Shown here in pieces: positions 1 through 11,926 of a stretch of 64,000 nucleotides of DNA (its first letter is position 1; each line of letters opens with the position of its first letter). The notes under the pieces are model-generated. The model did no database searches and was not told where the DNA came from. It saw only the letters and a program-made list of their open reading frames with translations. The position numbers and the translations under genes are program-made. Location: positions 52,502,395 to 52,566,394 of the forward strand of contig NC_068981.1 in NCBI RefSeq assembly GCF_001194135.2, written 5' to 3'. The stretch is from Octopus bimaculoides (Eukaryota).

Positions 1-716
1 GTTGGCAATGAGTATAGCAAAGAATTTAGTGTACAGGTAGGAGTTCACCAGGGATTGATTCTCAACCCCCTCTTGTTTATCATAGTCCATCAGGCCATAA
101 CAGGAATTTAAGACAGGCTGCTCTTAGGAACTCCTCTACACTGATGACCTTGTTCTTATTGCTGAATCATTACCAGAATTAGAGAAGACATGTGGAAGCA
201 AGGCAAAGTCCTACTAAGTAGGAAAACAGACAAGTCACTGATCCCTTCAGGGAGATGGTCCTGTTCAATATTTAGAAAAGTTGATGGTAGAAATTCTGTA
301 CAGTGTACTAAGTGCAAGCTATGGATGCATAAAAGGTGCGACAATATCACAGGAAAATTAATGGAAAAAGCTGTCTTTATATGTGGCAGATGTGCAGGTG
401 TATTAAACACCAGGAATGTTGAGAAAATAGACTCCTTCAAATGTATGGGTGTATCCTTAAAAGTGGTAGGCAATTTCTGTTATTTGGGTGATCAAGTTAG
501 CAGTGGTGGAGGTAGTTCTGAAAGAGTAGCTGCTAAAATAAGAACAGGCTGGACAAATTTCAGAGAGCTGCTACATTTGTTAGTAACAAAGAACATCTCC
601 CTCAGAGTGAAAGGTAGATTGTATGATGCCTATCCATGCTACATAGTTACGCTACATAGTAGTAAGACATGGGCTTTGACTACTGAGGATATGTGAAGGC
701 TTTAAAGAAATGAATC
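1..716 (+). mobile_element. Degenerate RTE-clade LINE ORF2 (RT core, PHD-like insert, post-RT region)
   Basis: VGVHQG motif, ELLYTDDLVLIAES (YADD at 137-148), FCYLGDQVSSGGG, RVKGRLYDA. Frameshifts and stops present. Confidence 0.9.
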
Positions 717-728
717 CCGCATGCTCCA

Positions 729-1290
729 TCATCATCGTCATTTAATGTCTGTTTTCCATGCTGGCATGGGTTGGACAGTTTGACTGAGGTCTGGAGAGCC
801 AGCAGCTGTCCCAGGCTCCAATCTCATCTGACAATGTTTCTACAACTGGATGCCCTTCCTAACACCAACCATTCCGAGAGTGCAGTGGGTGCGTTTCACA
901 TGCCACCGGCACAGGAGCCAGTCAGGTGAGCCTGGCATCGTTCATATTCAGATAGTGCATTGATCATATTCAGATAGTGCCAGTTAGGTGGCACTGGCAT
1001 CAGCCACGTTTGGATGGTGCTTTTTATGTGCCAGTCAGGCGGCCCTGGCATCAACCACATTCAGATGGTTCTTTTTACGTTTCACTGACACAGGAGCCAG
1101 TCATAGAGCACTGGCCACAGCTACGATATTGGTTTTACTTGTCTCAGCAGGTCGTCTCTTCTCAAGTATATATCGCCCGATGCATCAAGGGTACTCTTAA
1201 ATGGGTCAGGCATGCAATACTGGCATCAGCCATGGCTGTGATCTCACTTTAGTTGCTAGGTCTTCTCAATCACAGCATATCTCTAAAGGT
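729..1290 (-). mobile_element. RTE LINE 3'UTR/tail with (CAT)n end
   Basis: catcatcatcgtcatttaatgtctgttttccatgctggcatgggttggac matches the other tail copies in the window. Confidence 0.85.
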
Positions 1291-1630
1291 CTCGGAAGGA
1301 ATCTGTTTTCTGTACATCTTCAGTATTTATTGCTCCTGTGCATCTGCCACACATAAAAACTGTCTTCCCGGTTAACTTTCCTTTGATATTGTTGCACCTT
1401 TTATGTAGCTTGCACAGGTACATCGTATAGAGTTTCTACCCATGCCTTTTCTACAGATCAAGCAGAGCCATCTACCTGAAGGGGTTTGTGATTTGTCAGC
1501 CTTCCTACTTACTAATACTTTGGTTTTTGCTTGGTTAACTCTAAGGCCCTTCGATTCTAGACCTTGCCTCCACACCCTAAACTTCATCTCTAGTTCTGGC
1601 AGTGAATCAGCTATTAGAGCAAGGTCATCC
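1291..1630 (-). mobile_element. RTE LINE RT fragment
   Basis: KFRVWRQGLESKGLRVNQAKTKVLVSRKADKSQTPSGRWLCLICRKGMGRNSIRC, homologous to 190-400. Confidence 0.9.
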
Positions 1631-1882
1631 TAGTTTTGCGGGCTTTTGGATTCTAATGCTACGTAACAGCACCCATGCTGGTACCACATAAAGCGCCCAT
1701 GCTCGTGCCACGTAAAAGCACCTAGTACACTCTGCAAAGTGGTTGGCATTAGGATGGGCATCCAGCCATAAAAACCATGCCAAGACAAACAAATGGGGCC
1801 TGGGAAGCCCTCCAGCTAACTGACTCCTGTCAAATTGTCCAACCCATGCCAGCATAGAGAACAGACATTAAATGATGATGAT
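1631..1882 (+). mobile_element. RTE LINE 3' tail fragment
   Basis: gcacctagtacactctgcaaagtggttggcattagg...aacccatgccagcat...taaatgatgatgat. Confidence 0.8.
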
Positions 1883-2682
1883 CTATTGCTAGTTGTTGAT
1901 TCAGTGAATTTACTAACACTGGTGAAATAAGGGTAGTGAGAGATTTTGTATGGATTTTGTTGAGTGTACAAGGTGAATAGTTGAAATTAAAATTGGTGGT
2001 ACATATGGAGGTGTGTGTGTATATGATGTTCGACAAGTAGTTGAGCATTTGATCACTTAAGAGAGTAAAGATATTATTGACCAGAAACACAGAAAGCCTT
2101 GTGAAATTCAGCTATCCAGGTTTCTTGGCTGGAATACTAAATTTATTTAACAATTTTTTTAAGCTGGTTATGTCAACAAAGCAGTTTAATAGCTGCATTT
2201 GATGTAAGCAAAGTTTGACTGAGCATGCTTGGTTTGAGAAAATACACAGTGATTATGGGGAGATAATTTACTGACCAGCAAATATAGACAATCTCATGAG
2301 TAGTGAAAATTTTGTAAACCAACGTTGGAATGTACTATGGTTTGCCTGATGGCTTGTCTTTAATTCCTATTAAAATAGGGGAAAGTTATTCTCTTTTAGT
2401 GCCTTATAATTTAACACACTCACCGGTAAAATATAGACATGAGAAAATTTCACTCTTGGTATTTATACAGTCCCTGGAGGTTCTTAGGTTCTTTAAAAGA
2501 TACAGTTTTTCGAGTGAATATACAGAATAATGTTAAGAATTCCCAAGGTATTTATCTAATATCATATAAGCTGGGTTCACTGCGACTTTTAATACAATCT
2601 CTTAATCACTATACATATTGCATTTCTAAATATTTGGATGTGTGGGTTTCCTTTGAGCGCTCTGGTTTCTGCACATTTGTCA

Positions 2683-2955
2683 TCATCATTGTTTAACGTC
2701 CGCTTTCCATGCTAGCGTGGGTTGGACGATTTGACTGAGGACTGACGAACCAGATGGCTGAGAATGTAGTGGGTGCTTTTACGTGCCACCGGCACGAGGG
2801 TCAGTCGGGTGGTACTGGCAATGGCCACGCTCGAATGGTGTTTTTTATGTGCCACTTGCACAGGAATCAATCCAGCGGCACTGGCAACGACCTCGCTTGA
2901 ATGTTTTGTTCACGTGCCACCAGCACAAGTGCCAGTAAGGTGACACTGGTAACAT
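2683..2955 (-). mobile_element. RTE LINE 3' tail fragment
   Basis: catcatcattgtttaacgtccgctttccatgctagcgtgggttggacg, near-identical to 31486 and 55684. Confidence 0.88.
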
Positions 2956-3425
2956 AAGGATTTTATTTCTATGAGTGCTTTTACTTTCTAACACTCCTGT
3001 TTTTACTCATTTCTCAAGCTATTTTAAGAATTAAGGAATATCAGGAATAAAAGATTAAGTAAATATTTTGTTTTTTAATTTGCATGAATTAGAACCATGT
3101 AATTTTTCACATTTAAATTATGAAATATACTTTTTATATCAATAGTGCTATGCATTAGACATTGCACAGTTGAAAATGCCTTCACTTTATAGCTACTGTT
3201 CAGTTTGAACAACACCAACTATTGTTAGTATACACACACACACACACACACNNNNNNNNNNNNNNNNNNNNNNNNNNNNNNNNNNNNNNNNNNNNNNNNN
3301 NNNNNNNNNNNNNNNNNNNNNNNNNNNNNNNNNNNNNNNNNNNNNNNNNNNNNNNNNNNNNNNNNNNNNNNNNNNNNNNNNNNNNNNNNNNNNNNNNNNN
3401 NNNNNNNNNNNNNNNNNNNNNNNNN

Positions 3426-3479
<54 letters not shown>

Positions 3480-3632
3480 TTAATATCCATGTTCTATATT
3501 TGCATGGGTTGGATGGTTTGACTGAATTCCATGAGCCCAAGAGCCATATCATGCTCCAATGTCTGTTTAGCATGGTTTCTATGGCTGGAAGACCTTTCTA
3601 ATGTCAACCACTTTACAGTGTGTGCTAGATAC
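3426..3632 (-). mobile_element. RTE-type tail variant with long (CAT)n tract after gap
   Basis: (cat)n followed by ttaatatccatgttctatatttgcatgggttggatgg. Confidence 0.7.
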
Positions 3633-4080
3633 TCAGCTGTCTGGATTACTCCTCTCAACTGTGGTCACTCTACAGTGTCAAATTAATAGTAGAACTTGAG
3701 GCAGTTCAGTGGTGTTACACCAAGTAGATTGCATCAATGGAACAACTGAGCTACAGGAAGAGACTGAAAGAGCTGTGACTCTACTCCCTGGAGTGGAGAC
3801 AGGAGAGGTATGCAGATCCTGGAGGGGCTAGTACCAAACTTTGGCATTGAGAGCTATACCAGCCACCAAACTGGATGTCACTGCACTGTTCCAAAGGTCC
3901 CAGCTATCCTGTCTAGAGTGAAGACTATGTACTGCAACAGCTTGGGATTCAAGGACCCATAGCTAGTTAAGGCCTTGCTAAAACATCTGAGGCATCTTCA
4001 TGGAGTAGGGGTAGATGTTTTCAAGAAACAACTTGACCTCCTGCTATCCAAGGTCCCAGATGAACCAATATCAAGGTAGG
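3633..4080 (+). mobile_element. CR1/L2-group LINE ORF2 C-terminal relic
   Basis: LSCLDYSSQLWS..ELEAVQ..LSYRKRLKEL*LYSLEWRQERY..LEGLVPNFG..VFKKQLDLLLSKVPDEP. Confidence 0.82.
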
Positions 4081-4919
4081 AGACTCATGTGAAATGCAAT
4101 ACTGCATGGTAGTGAGATGTATCCACTGAATGCAGAGGATGCACAAAGGTAGGAAAGAAATGAAGCAATCATGCTCCACAGGACAATGTGTCATGTTACA
4201 GTGCATAATTGATGAAACATAGATGATCTGAGAGGAAAACAAAATATCACAGGAATCATATGTAGTGTGCATATGGATGATGACGCATGAGTTTTCTTCC
4301 TCTTTTTCCATGTGACAGGTCATTGTGTTAAAAAGAATTGGTCTCATTTAAGTGAGCATAAAAATAATGATATACATATATTCAGTGTCTTATTTGAAAC
4401 AAACTACTTCAAGTTTCATGTTAGGAAGAAGATATCTGGCTTAGTTTAGCTGAAGCTATTGCCATCATTCTCTATCATTCCTCAGGTCTGTCCTCAAATA
4501 TGGCTACTGGTAGTGTGAAATTTTGTGAGAAAAAACAAAAAAATTTACTTGAAAGTGAATATATGTTTGCATGGAAAGGAGTTAACTCAGCTGTATTTAA
4601 AAGTTGTACTCCTTGCAGCATCAGCAAATATTTAATTTAATGAATCCTAAAGAATATTTGCTAAGTAATTTGTATTGAATTTACTTAATTATTTACCTTT
4701 ATTGTTGTCATGTCTAAGTGGGCATATCAAGATACCACTGGCAGTGGTATGTTAATATGCCCAATTTGTATGTTTATTGAAGTGAAGGTATATGCATTGA
4801 GCAGGTTTAGTGTGAGAATGGAGTAGTAGTCTGGTTAATTGTTGTGTAGACATCCTTGTGTAGGAGGTGTCTTCCAAATGAATAAAATAAATTTTAATGG
4901 ATACATCTGGTGAAAGATT

Positions 4920-5180
4920 TTATAATCAAAGTCATTATTCAAGTGCAATGTGTAAAGAAATGCTATGATATTAGCAAACCACATGTGGAAACTGAGTGAC
5001 AACATCAAATGGAGGTTTCTTGAAATATCAAAGCCATATGCAGATGGAATGAGATGCAGCTTCTGTACTGCTGAAAGGATACATGTCTAGCTAAGTCAAA
5101 GAGTCAAAACACCTATTTAATTTCCAAAACTGAGATTTTCATCAGGTGTCTCCATGAAAGGAAACCATGTTTTGTATTAG
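4920..5180 (+). mobile_element. Penelope-like element GIY-YIG C-terminal relic
   Basis: LANHMWKLSDNIKWRFLEISKPYADGMRCSFCTAERIH..EIFIRCLH resembles the LSKHIW..IKW.IL..A.PY..RC.LC.EK motif. Confidence 0.7.
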
Positions 5181-5337
5181 ATTGTCAATAATGTTGTGGA
5201 GTTGGTTGTAATAACATCAACTTTTAACAAGGCAATGAGGGAGCCTGTATGTAGTCACTTGACCTACTTAAAATAGCAGCCATATCTCTTTTAAATCACA
5301 TGCTGTCATTGTAAAGATATTGCATAATAGTCTAAAA

Positions 5338-5485
5338 CAGTGCTACTCGAAGTGGTGGTCCAGGAGCCATCAGCTGCGGGTATGCAGCATGTTTCCAGAA
5401 AAGAAAGAAACATTTTAGAATGCTTATGTAGGAAAAAAAAAAAAAAACTGCTGATATGCCACATCAGATAGTTTGAGAAGTACTT
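5338..5485. mobile_element. hAT (Charlie/MER5-like) MITE nested in another repeat
   Basis: Ends cagtgctactcgaagt and tttgagaagtactt. Identical 8-bp TSD gtctaaaa at 5330-5337 and 5486-5493. Confidence 0.8.
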
Positions 5486-5591
5486 GTCTAAAATACACTA
5501 TTTCTAAAAAGAAAAAAAATGACTGTATAGTTATGGCTGGGATGTCTTTTATATATCTGTCTGATCAGCATTGATTTAAGGCTAAACAACA

Positions 5592-5745
5592 TGCATGGTT
5601 GTGTGGTTAAAGAAAGTTTGTTTGCAACCATGTGGTTTTAGTTTTGATCCCACTATGTAGCAGCACTTTGGGAAAGTGTCCACTATAGCCTCAGGTTGAC
5701 TAATGCCTTGTGAATATAACTGGTAAACACACTATACAGAAACCG
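5592..5745 (+). mobile_element. tRNA-derived CORE-like SINE, 5' half
   Basis: gcatggttgtgtggttaa...gcactttgggaaagtgtccactatagcctcagg. Confidence 0.7.
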
Positions 5746-5765
5746 TGCAGAAAGATGTACACATA

Positions 5766-5914
5766 TACTCTCTTTTACTTGTTTCAGTCATTTGACTGCA
5801 GCCATGCTGGAGCACTGCCTTTAGTCGAGCAAATCGAACCACTAAGTTACGGGGACGTAATCACACCACCATCGGTTGTCAAGCGATGTTGGGGGGACAA
5901 ACACAGAGACACAA

Positions 5915-5947
<33 letters not shown>

Positions 5948-6120
5948 CACACACATATATACGACAGGCTTCTTTCAGTTTCCATCTACCAAATCCACTC
6001 ACAAGGCTTTGGTCGGCCTGAGGCTGTAGTAGAAGACACTTGCCCAAGGTGCCTCACAGTGGGAATGAACCCAGAACCACGTGGTTGGTAAGCAAGCTAC
6101 TTACCACACAACCACTCCTG
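5766..6120 (-). mobile_element. Full-length tRNA-derived CORE-like SINE with internal (CA)/(TA) microsatellite
   Basis: ctcttttacttgtttcagtcatttgactgc...gaagacacttgcccaaggtgcc...cttaccacacaaccac. Same family as 20703, 21075, 36787 and 62530. Confidence 0.88.
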
Positions 6121-6289
6121 CACGTGTATATCTTTCACTGATGTACATCTGTGAGAAAACTGATAAAGTAGTGGTATTTATTTCGCCTGAAATACAATTT
6201 CTTTGTCATTGCACCAGCAGAAACTTAGTGAGCCAATGACAGGCTTGGAGATCAATGACCCTATTATTCATAAAATGCAGGATAGAGAA

Positions 6290-7432
6290 TAAAATAACAA
6301 ATAGATTCCAGGGTGAAAAACTAGAGGTAGTCGATAGCTTCCGCTATCTGGGCGACCAAGTTAGTAGTGGGGGTGGGTGCGCTGAAAGTGTAGCTGCTAG
6401 AATAAGAATAGCCTGGGCAAAGTTTAGAGAGCTCTTACCCCTGCTGGCGACAAAGGGACTCTCACTCAGAGTAAAAGGCAGACTGTATGACGCATGCGTA
6501 CGAACAGCCATGCTACATGGCAGTGAAACATGGGCTGTAACTGCTGAGGACATACGTAAGCTCGCAAGGATGTGTAATGTCAATGTGAATACCCGTCAGA
6601 GTGTAAGTATCTTGAGAGAAAAGCTGAACATTAGAAGCATCAGTNNNNNNNNNNNNNNNNNNNNNNNNNNNNNNNNNNNNNNNNNNNNNNNNNNNNNNNN
6701 NNNNNNNNNNNNNNNNNNNNNNNNNNNNNNNNNNNNNNNNNNNNNNNNNNNNNNNNNNNNNNNNNNNNNNNNNNNNNNNNNNNNNNNNNNNNNNNNNNNN
6801 NNNNNNNNNNNNNNNNNNNNNNNNNNNNNNNNNNNNNNNNNNNNNNNNNNNNNNNNNNNNNNNNNNNNNNNNNNNNNNNNNNNNNNNNNNNNNNNNNNNN
6901 NNNNNNNNNNNNNNNNNNNNNNNNNNNNNNNNNNNNNNNNNNNNNNNNNNNNNNNNNNNNNNNNNNNNNNNNNNNNNNNNNNNNNNNNNNNNNNNNNNNN
7001 NNNNNNNNNNNNNNNNNNNNNNNNNNNNNNNNNNNNNNNNNNNNNNNNNNNNNNNNNNNNNNNNNNNNNNNNNNNNNNNNNNNNNNNNNNNNNNNNNNNN
7101 NNNNNNNNNNNNNNNNNNNNNNNNNNNNNNNNNNNNNNNNNNNNNNNNNNNNNNNNNNNNNNNNNNNNNNNNNNNNNNNNNNNNNNNNNNNNNNNNNNNN
7201 GGCACATAAAAGACACCATTTCGAGCGTGGCCGTTTTCGTGCGGGTGACACGTAAAAGCACCCACTACACTCTCTGAGTGGTTGGCGTTAGGAAGGGCAT
7301 CCAGCTGTAGAAACTCTGCCAAATTAGACTGGAGCCTGGTGTTGCCATCCGGTTTCACCAGTCCTCAGTCAAATCGTCCAACCCATGCTAGCATGGAAAG
7401 CGGACGTTAAACGATGATGATGATGATGATGA
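6290..7432 (+). mobile_element. 5'-truncated RTE LINE across a gap, with (GAT)n tail
   Basis: QGEKLEVVDSFRYLGDQVSSGGGCAESVAARIRIAWAKFRELLPLL.., then the family 3'UTR and gatgatgat tail at 7412-7432. Confidence 0.92.
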
Positions 7433-7485
7433 TACAATATACAGAAAATACTTTAATGTAACTCTATCAGTATTAATATTACTTA

Positions 7486-7850
7486 CAATAAAGGCAGCAT
7501 GCTGGGCAAAATGCTTAGTGGTATTTTGTTCGTCTTTACATTCTGAGTTCAAATGCAGCCAAGGTCGACTTTGTCTTTCATCCATTTGTAGTTGATAAAA
7601 TAAGTTTCGGTTGTGAACTGGGGTTGATGTAATCGACTTACCCTCTCCCCTGAACTTGCTGGCCTAGTGCCAAAATTTGAAACCAATATTACTTACAGTA
7701 GCATTTCATGTGGCTCATTACATTCTGGGTTCAAATTCTGCTGAGGTTGACTTTGTTTTGCATCCTTATTTGAATACTGGGGTTAATGTAATTGGTTTAC
7801 CCTTTCCCTTAAAACTGTTGGCCTTGTATCAAAATTTGAAACTAATATTA
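7486..7850 (+). mobile_element. Two tandem SINEs with Nin/Meta-type central domain
   Basis: ttctgagttcaaatgcagccaaggtcgactttgtctttcatcc...ctggggttgatgtaatcgact, repeated in degraded form at 7700-7850. Domain name is from recall. Confidence 0.72.
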
Positions 7851-8089
7851 TTTATAATAGCCAATGGCAACCAAGAGTGGAGTGAATGTAAAATGAAGGA
7901 CATATGACATTCACTGTATGTCTCTACATTCTCATGTGACTATGCAGCATCAATAGACTTGAAAAGTATAAAAGGTTCTATTAGCAACACAGATTGTAAT
8001 AAAGATTTCCAGAAGAAATAAAGTGAGACCATGGTTGGCTAAATTAGTAGAGTACCAGATAGGAGGTTATGAATTCATGTCGTCACCAG

Positions 8090-8400
8090 CACTGTGTTGT
8101 GTCTATTGCCAATACATTTAACTTTCGAATATTCAGTTCACCCTGCTGTATACAGTCACTGCAGAGTAAGAACAACTCACTACTGCAGACGTGGGAACTC
8201 TGTAAAATTCATCAATGTTTTGTTAGTTGGCAGTGCTGAATTTAACTCCTTGAATTCTATCAAGCTGGCTAACTCAAGTAGTTTTACATAAGTGTGGTCT
8301 ATCAATATTTCAATGTTATGGGATTAGAAGATGCAGCTGCATGGAGTCAGTTTAGGTGAGATAATAATGGTGTTGAGTCTTTTACAATCAAAGTGAATGT
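8090..8400 (-). mobile_element. Highly degraded RTE-like RT relic
   Basis: IISPKL..IF..NIENID..HL and ELNIRKLNVLAI resemble RT domains 4-6 (ISPKLF, LNI.KTKVM). Confidence 0.35.
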
Positions 8401-8731
8401 GACGGTCAGGGTTACAGTTCAGCAGTAGGCTGCAGGGTAGATTTTTTTCTCTCGAGTTTAGTCCAAAACAGTGGTTCTTAAATTGCAGAGAGCCAATTCT
8501 AGGAGCTGTGAGAAAAAAGTGTTAAACAACTTTTTGTTGTTTTGTTGCTAATTTATACAACTTCTTCTTTTGAGAAATTGGTTGGATGCTCAACATGCCA
8601 TCTTTTTAATGAGTTATTTCTTTGTTAATAATAATCAATAGTAAAATTTTCAAAACAAAGACTTATGACCAAAACATTTAAAATAAATTTGGTTTGCAAG
8701 GTTCTTTATGTGAATTCGTGTGTTGAAGCAT

Positions 8732-8955
8732 ATTTTATTGTCTGGGGAGAGTCATTCTCTTTTAGTGCCTTATTAACTAAACACACTTACTGGTTCAATT
8801 TCCACTCATTTACTTATTTATTTTTTTACTAAAATTTTCGTGATGCAATGAAAATTTTAGTAAAAATGAATAAGTAAATGTGTGGAAATTGGACTGGTGA
8901 GTGTGTTAAATTAATAAGGCACTAAAAGAGAATGACTCTTCCCAGACAATAAAAT
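8732..8955. repeat. Foldback/MITE-like long inverted repeat (arms 8732-8839 and 8850-8955, 10-nt loop)
   Basis: attttattgtctggggagagtcattctcttttagtgcc.. is complementary to ..ggcactaaaagagaatgactcttcccagacaataaaat. Partial copy near 2374-2460. Confidence 0.9.
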
Positions 8956-8999
8956 TTTAAATGAAATTAAAATACAAAAAGCAATCTGACTATTTCAAT

Positions 9000-11892
9000 G
9001 ATTATACTGTTTTTATTCAAATATTTAGACTAAATAGAATTCAATGACAATGAATACTTTATTTAAAACAAATATTACAATAAAAAATCAACTTACAAAT
9101 TAAATACAAATGCAAATTATAAAAAAATAAACAAATGAAATGGTTTCAAATGCTCTCTGCTTATACTAGAAGCTCATTATAGTATCTGCACAACCCTTGC
9201 ATACTAAAAGCACATAATGAACACCATCTGCACCAGCCTCTTCAGTAGATCATATGCAATAATGTGGCTAGATATAAAACTAAGTAAAGAAGTTAGATCC
9301 TCATTATTAAACCACTTGGATATAGATTATTACTTTAAATTCCTAAAACAATGGTTATCTTTTCTAAACTAAACTTTAAAGAGTACAGTAGCTGATAATT
9401 GATAATTCTTATTAATAAAATTGTTTTGAAGTTAGTCAATGGTTTGCTGCCAGTTTGACAGAAAATCACAATTGTCAGTGAAGGTTTGCAGATATGGAAG
9501 CATATAAAGATAACAGTTTTGATTTCAATGTTGAGAGCAGATTTTTTTTACTTATACACAAGCATTAATTATCTGAATACATTAATGAATGAACAGTCAC
9601 TTCATTCATCATGCAAACACATAAGTATTTTTTAATATATATCACATGTCATTAACTATTTAGTAAAAGAAATTGCACATTGGATCCCAGGTACAGCAAT
9701 CATTTACAAAAGTCCAAAAGGTGAATTATATAGACACATACAACAAGACATGATGAGAAGGTATGTGTATAACTGACTTGGTTATTTAAAAAGAAATCTT
9801 CTATACAGATTCAAGATATAAAATAACTGCATGCAAAATTTGACAAAGTATGGTGAAAAATGTCTTTCAAAAAAAAAAAAAGTTGTACTCTTGGTAAAAT
9901 TAGATGTTATGGGGCACAGGCTTCATATTAATTATAATGATATGTGGCATGATTATGGGAAATAGGATGGCACTTTTTTTAGTTGAATTAATAAGAAAAT
10001 TAACTTTTTTGAATTTTAATATTTCTTCTTACTGATTTTAAGTGATAATTGATATAAAAGAAGTACATAGCAAAAATAAATTAAAAAAAAACAATCTTCC
10101 AAGTAGAATTTTATAACAGATGGAAGCATTTTAAACTGAGAAAATTTATAAAAGGTAAAAAATAAAATAAAACTTAATTACAAAGTACTGAGCCAGTTTG
10201 TTTATGATTTAATACATAAAGATATAAATTATCTAATGGAAAATTGAAAAAAATAATTTTGCAATGAATTGTCTTTGAAAAATGCCATTCTCAAGAGAAC
10301 CACACATTTGATTTTAGAAGAAAGTGGGTATATCTACACATTAGAACAGTAGCTATCAAATATGTTTATAAAGTAAGATAAATTTAAGGCAGATCTTTTA
10401 CACCAAATGTTTTTGTTTCTGTTCTTAATAAATATGACTTATAAATAATTTGCAAACTAAAACAAAGACTGAACTTTTAATTTTACTTGGAAATGATACT
10501 CAAAATAAATATTTTTGTATAGGTGGATAGAGTATAAAATGTAATATAAAAAAAAATGGGGGGAGGGGAAAATAACATTTGAAAGGAAACTTATTTTATG
10601 GTGATGCATGTGAAACAAAATTTGAGTTTAGTGATACTAAGAAGGCAGTTGAGACCAATAATAAACACAAATTTATTTGATAATGTAACATTACTGGTTA
10701 ACTTTTCATTTGTTTTCTTTTAAATTTTAATTCTTGATAAATTACTGTAAATGTGAAATACATGAAGTAATTCCATATGAAAATAAATTTAGACAAGAAA
10801 ATTTTAAATGAACTGGTAACTTTAAAGAAGGTTCTATGCTTAATAAAAAACAAAACAAACTTTATAATGGCAAAGAAAAAATATCCAAGTAATACAACCG
10901 GTGCTTTATCGTTTTATATTCTTTGCAGAGAGTGAACATGTTTTTTTTTTTAATCTTTAGTAATAAAAGATAGTCATTGGATAGAATATCAACTGCAATT
11001 AGTCAGAATTATAGAATGCATAAGATTTTATATCTATTGATATAGTTCACTTCTTTACCAGTTAAGAAGAAACCAATCTAGTAATAGAATTTATTTTACC
11101 ATCAAAAATATTTACAAAGAATAACAATGAAAATAAGATGGCTAGGTGTGCCTAACAACAGTTCTAATCCTTTATCAATCTTTATCAGTATCTTTCAACA
11201 TATTGCTTATTGTTTTCCATTATGTCACATGACCAAAGCTATTCTGGCTTCAGAAACTGTATAAATAGCACATATTTCAGTTATCAAAATTATTAAAATG
11301 AATAATTTGAATGTAAACCACTTCACTTTCATGCTCTTTCTTTCTCTCTATGTATCAGAGAACATGTGTAATTTTATTATCAAGAAATGGTTAATGTCTA
11401 AACTAAGCCACATAAATTTTAAAGACAAAACTTATAAATTGAACATCTGTTCAAAAATTGAATCTCTCAGATATGAATGCTATGGGAAGATGAAGCATAT
11501 GATACAGTTAGTAAATATAGAAATACATGATCTTGTTTTATGTTGGTGAAAGGTATATGTAATTAATAAAAATGATTCTAATGTTCACATTAGAAGTATT
11601 ATTATACTAGTGCTGATTTGGCAAACGTCTGGCACTAGGATCCAGTTAGGAAGATGACAATGAAAAATTGTGGTAGATTGGATACAGAATATTACATTCC
11701 AAAAAAGATGACACCCTAAAGAATTGAAAATGATAGCTGAAAAGAGAAGTCATGTTGAAAATACTGGAGAGTGAGTGAATGCAGTTTGTTGCACATTGCT
11801 GACAGATCCTGGTCAGTCAGAAAGTTATTGTTGTAGTCCTCCCAATAAAATTGTGGAACCATAAACATTCTTTTAGCAATTTCACTTCCTTT
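9000..11892 (-). other. Probable long 3'UTR of the septin with several polyadenylation signals
   Basis: U-rich on the minus strand with no recognisable TE. AATAAA (plus tttatt) at 10672-10677, 9058-9063 and 9012-9017. The end position is inferred. Confidence 0.6.
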
Positions 11893-11926
11893 TCAAAATA
11901 TGGACTTCTTCTTATCTTTCTTTGTA
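11893..11926 (-). CDS. SEPT7: Septin-7-like canonical terminal coding exon ([D]TKKDKKKSIF*)
   Basis: Strong acceptor tatttttcattttattttctgcag. Phase 2 matches the 26830 donor. Basic tail ending in IF resembles SEPT7 KKKGKIF and peanut KKKGLF. Confidence 0.88.

Noticed and set aside
3193-3573. Poly-Asp/His/Met ORFs
   Set aside because: Translations of a (CAT)n LINE tail plus an N gap.
6513-7358. Long ORFs in the track, also 52438-53758 and 35115-35637
   Set aside because: They are open only because N gaps lack stop codons; the flanks are TE sequence.
8330-8428. Possible extra septin terminal exon LLLNCNPDRHIHFDCKRLNTIIISPKLTPCSCIF*
   Set aside because: Purine-rich acceptor, beyond the poly(A) signals, no true CaaX, and better explained as a degraded RT (ISPKL motif).
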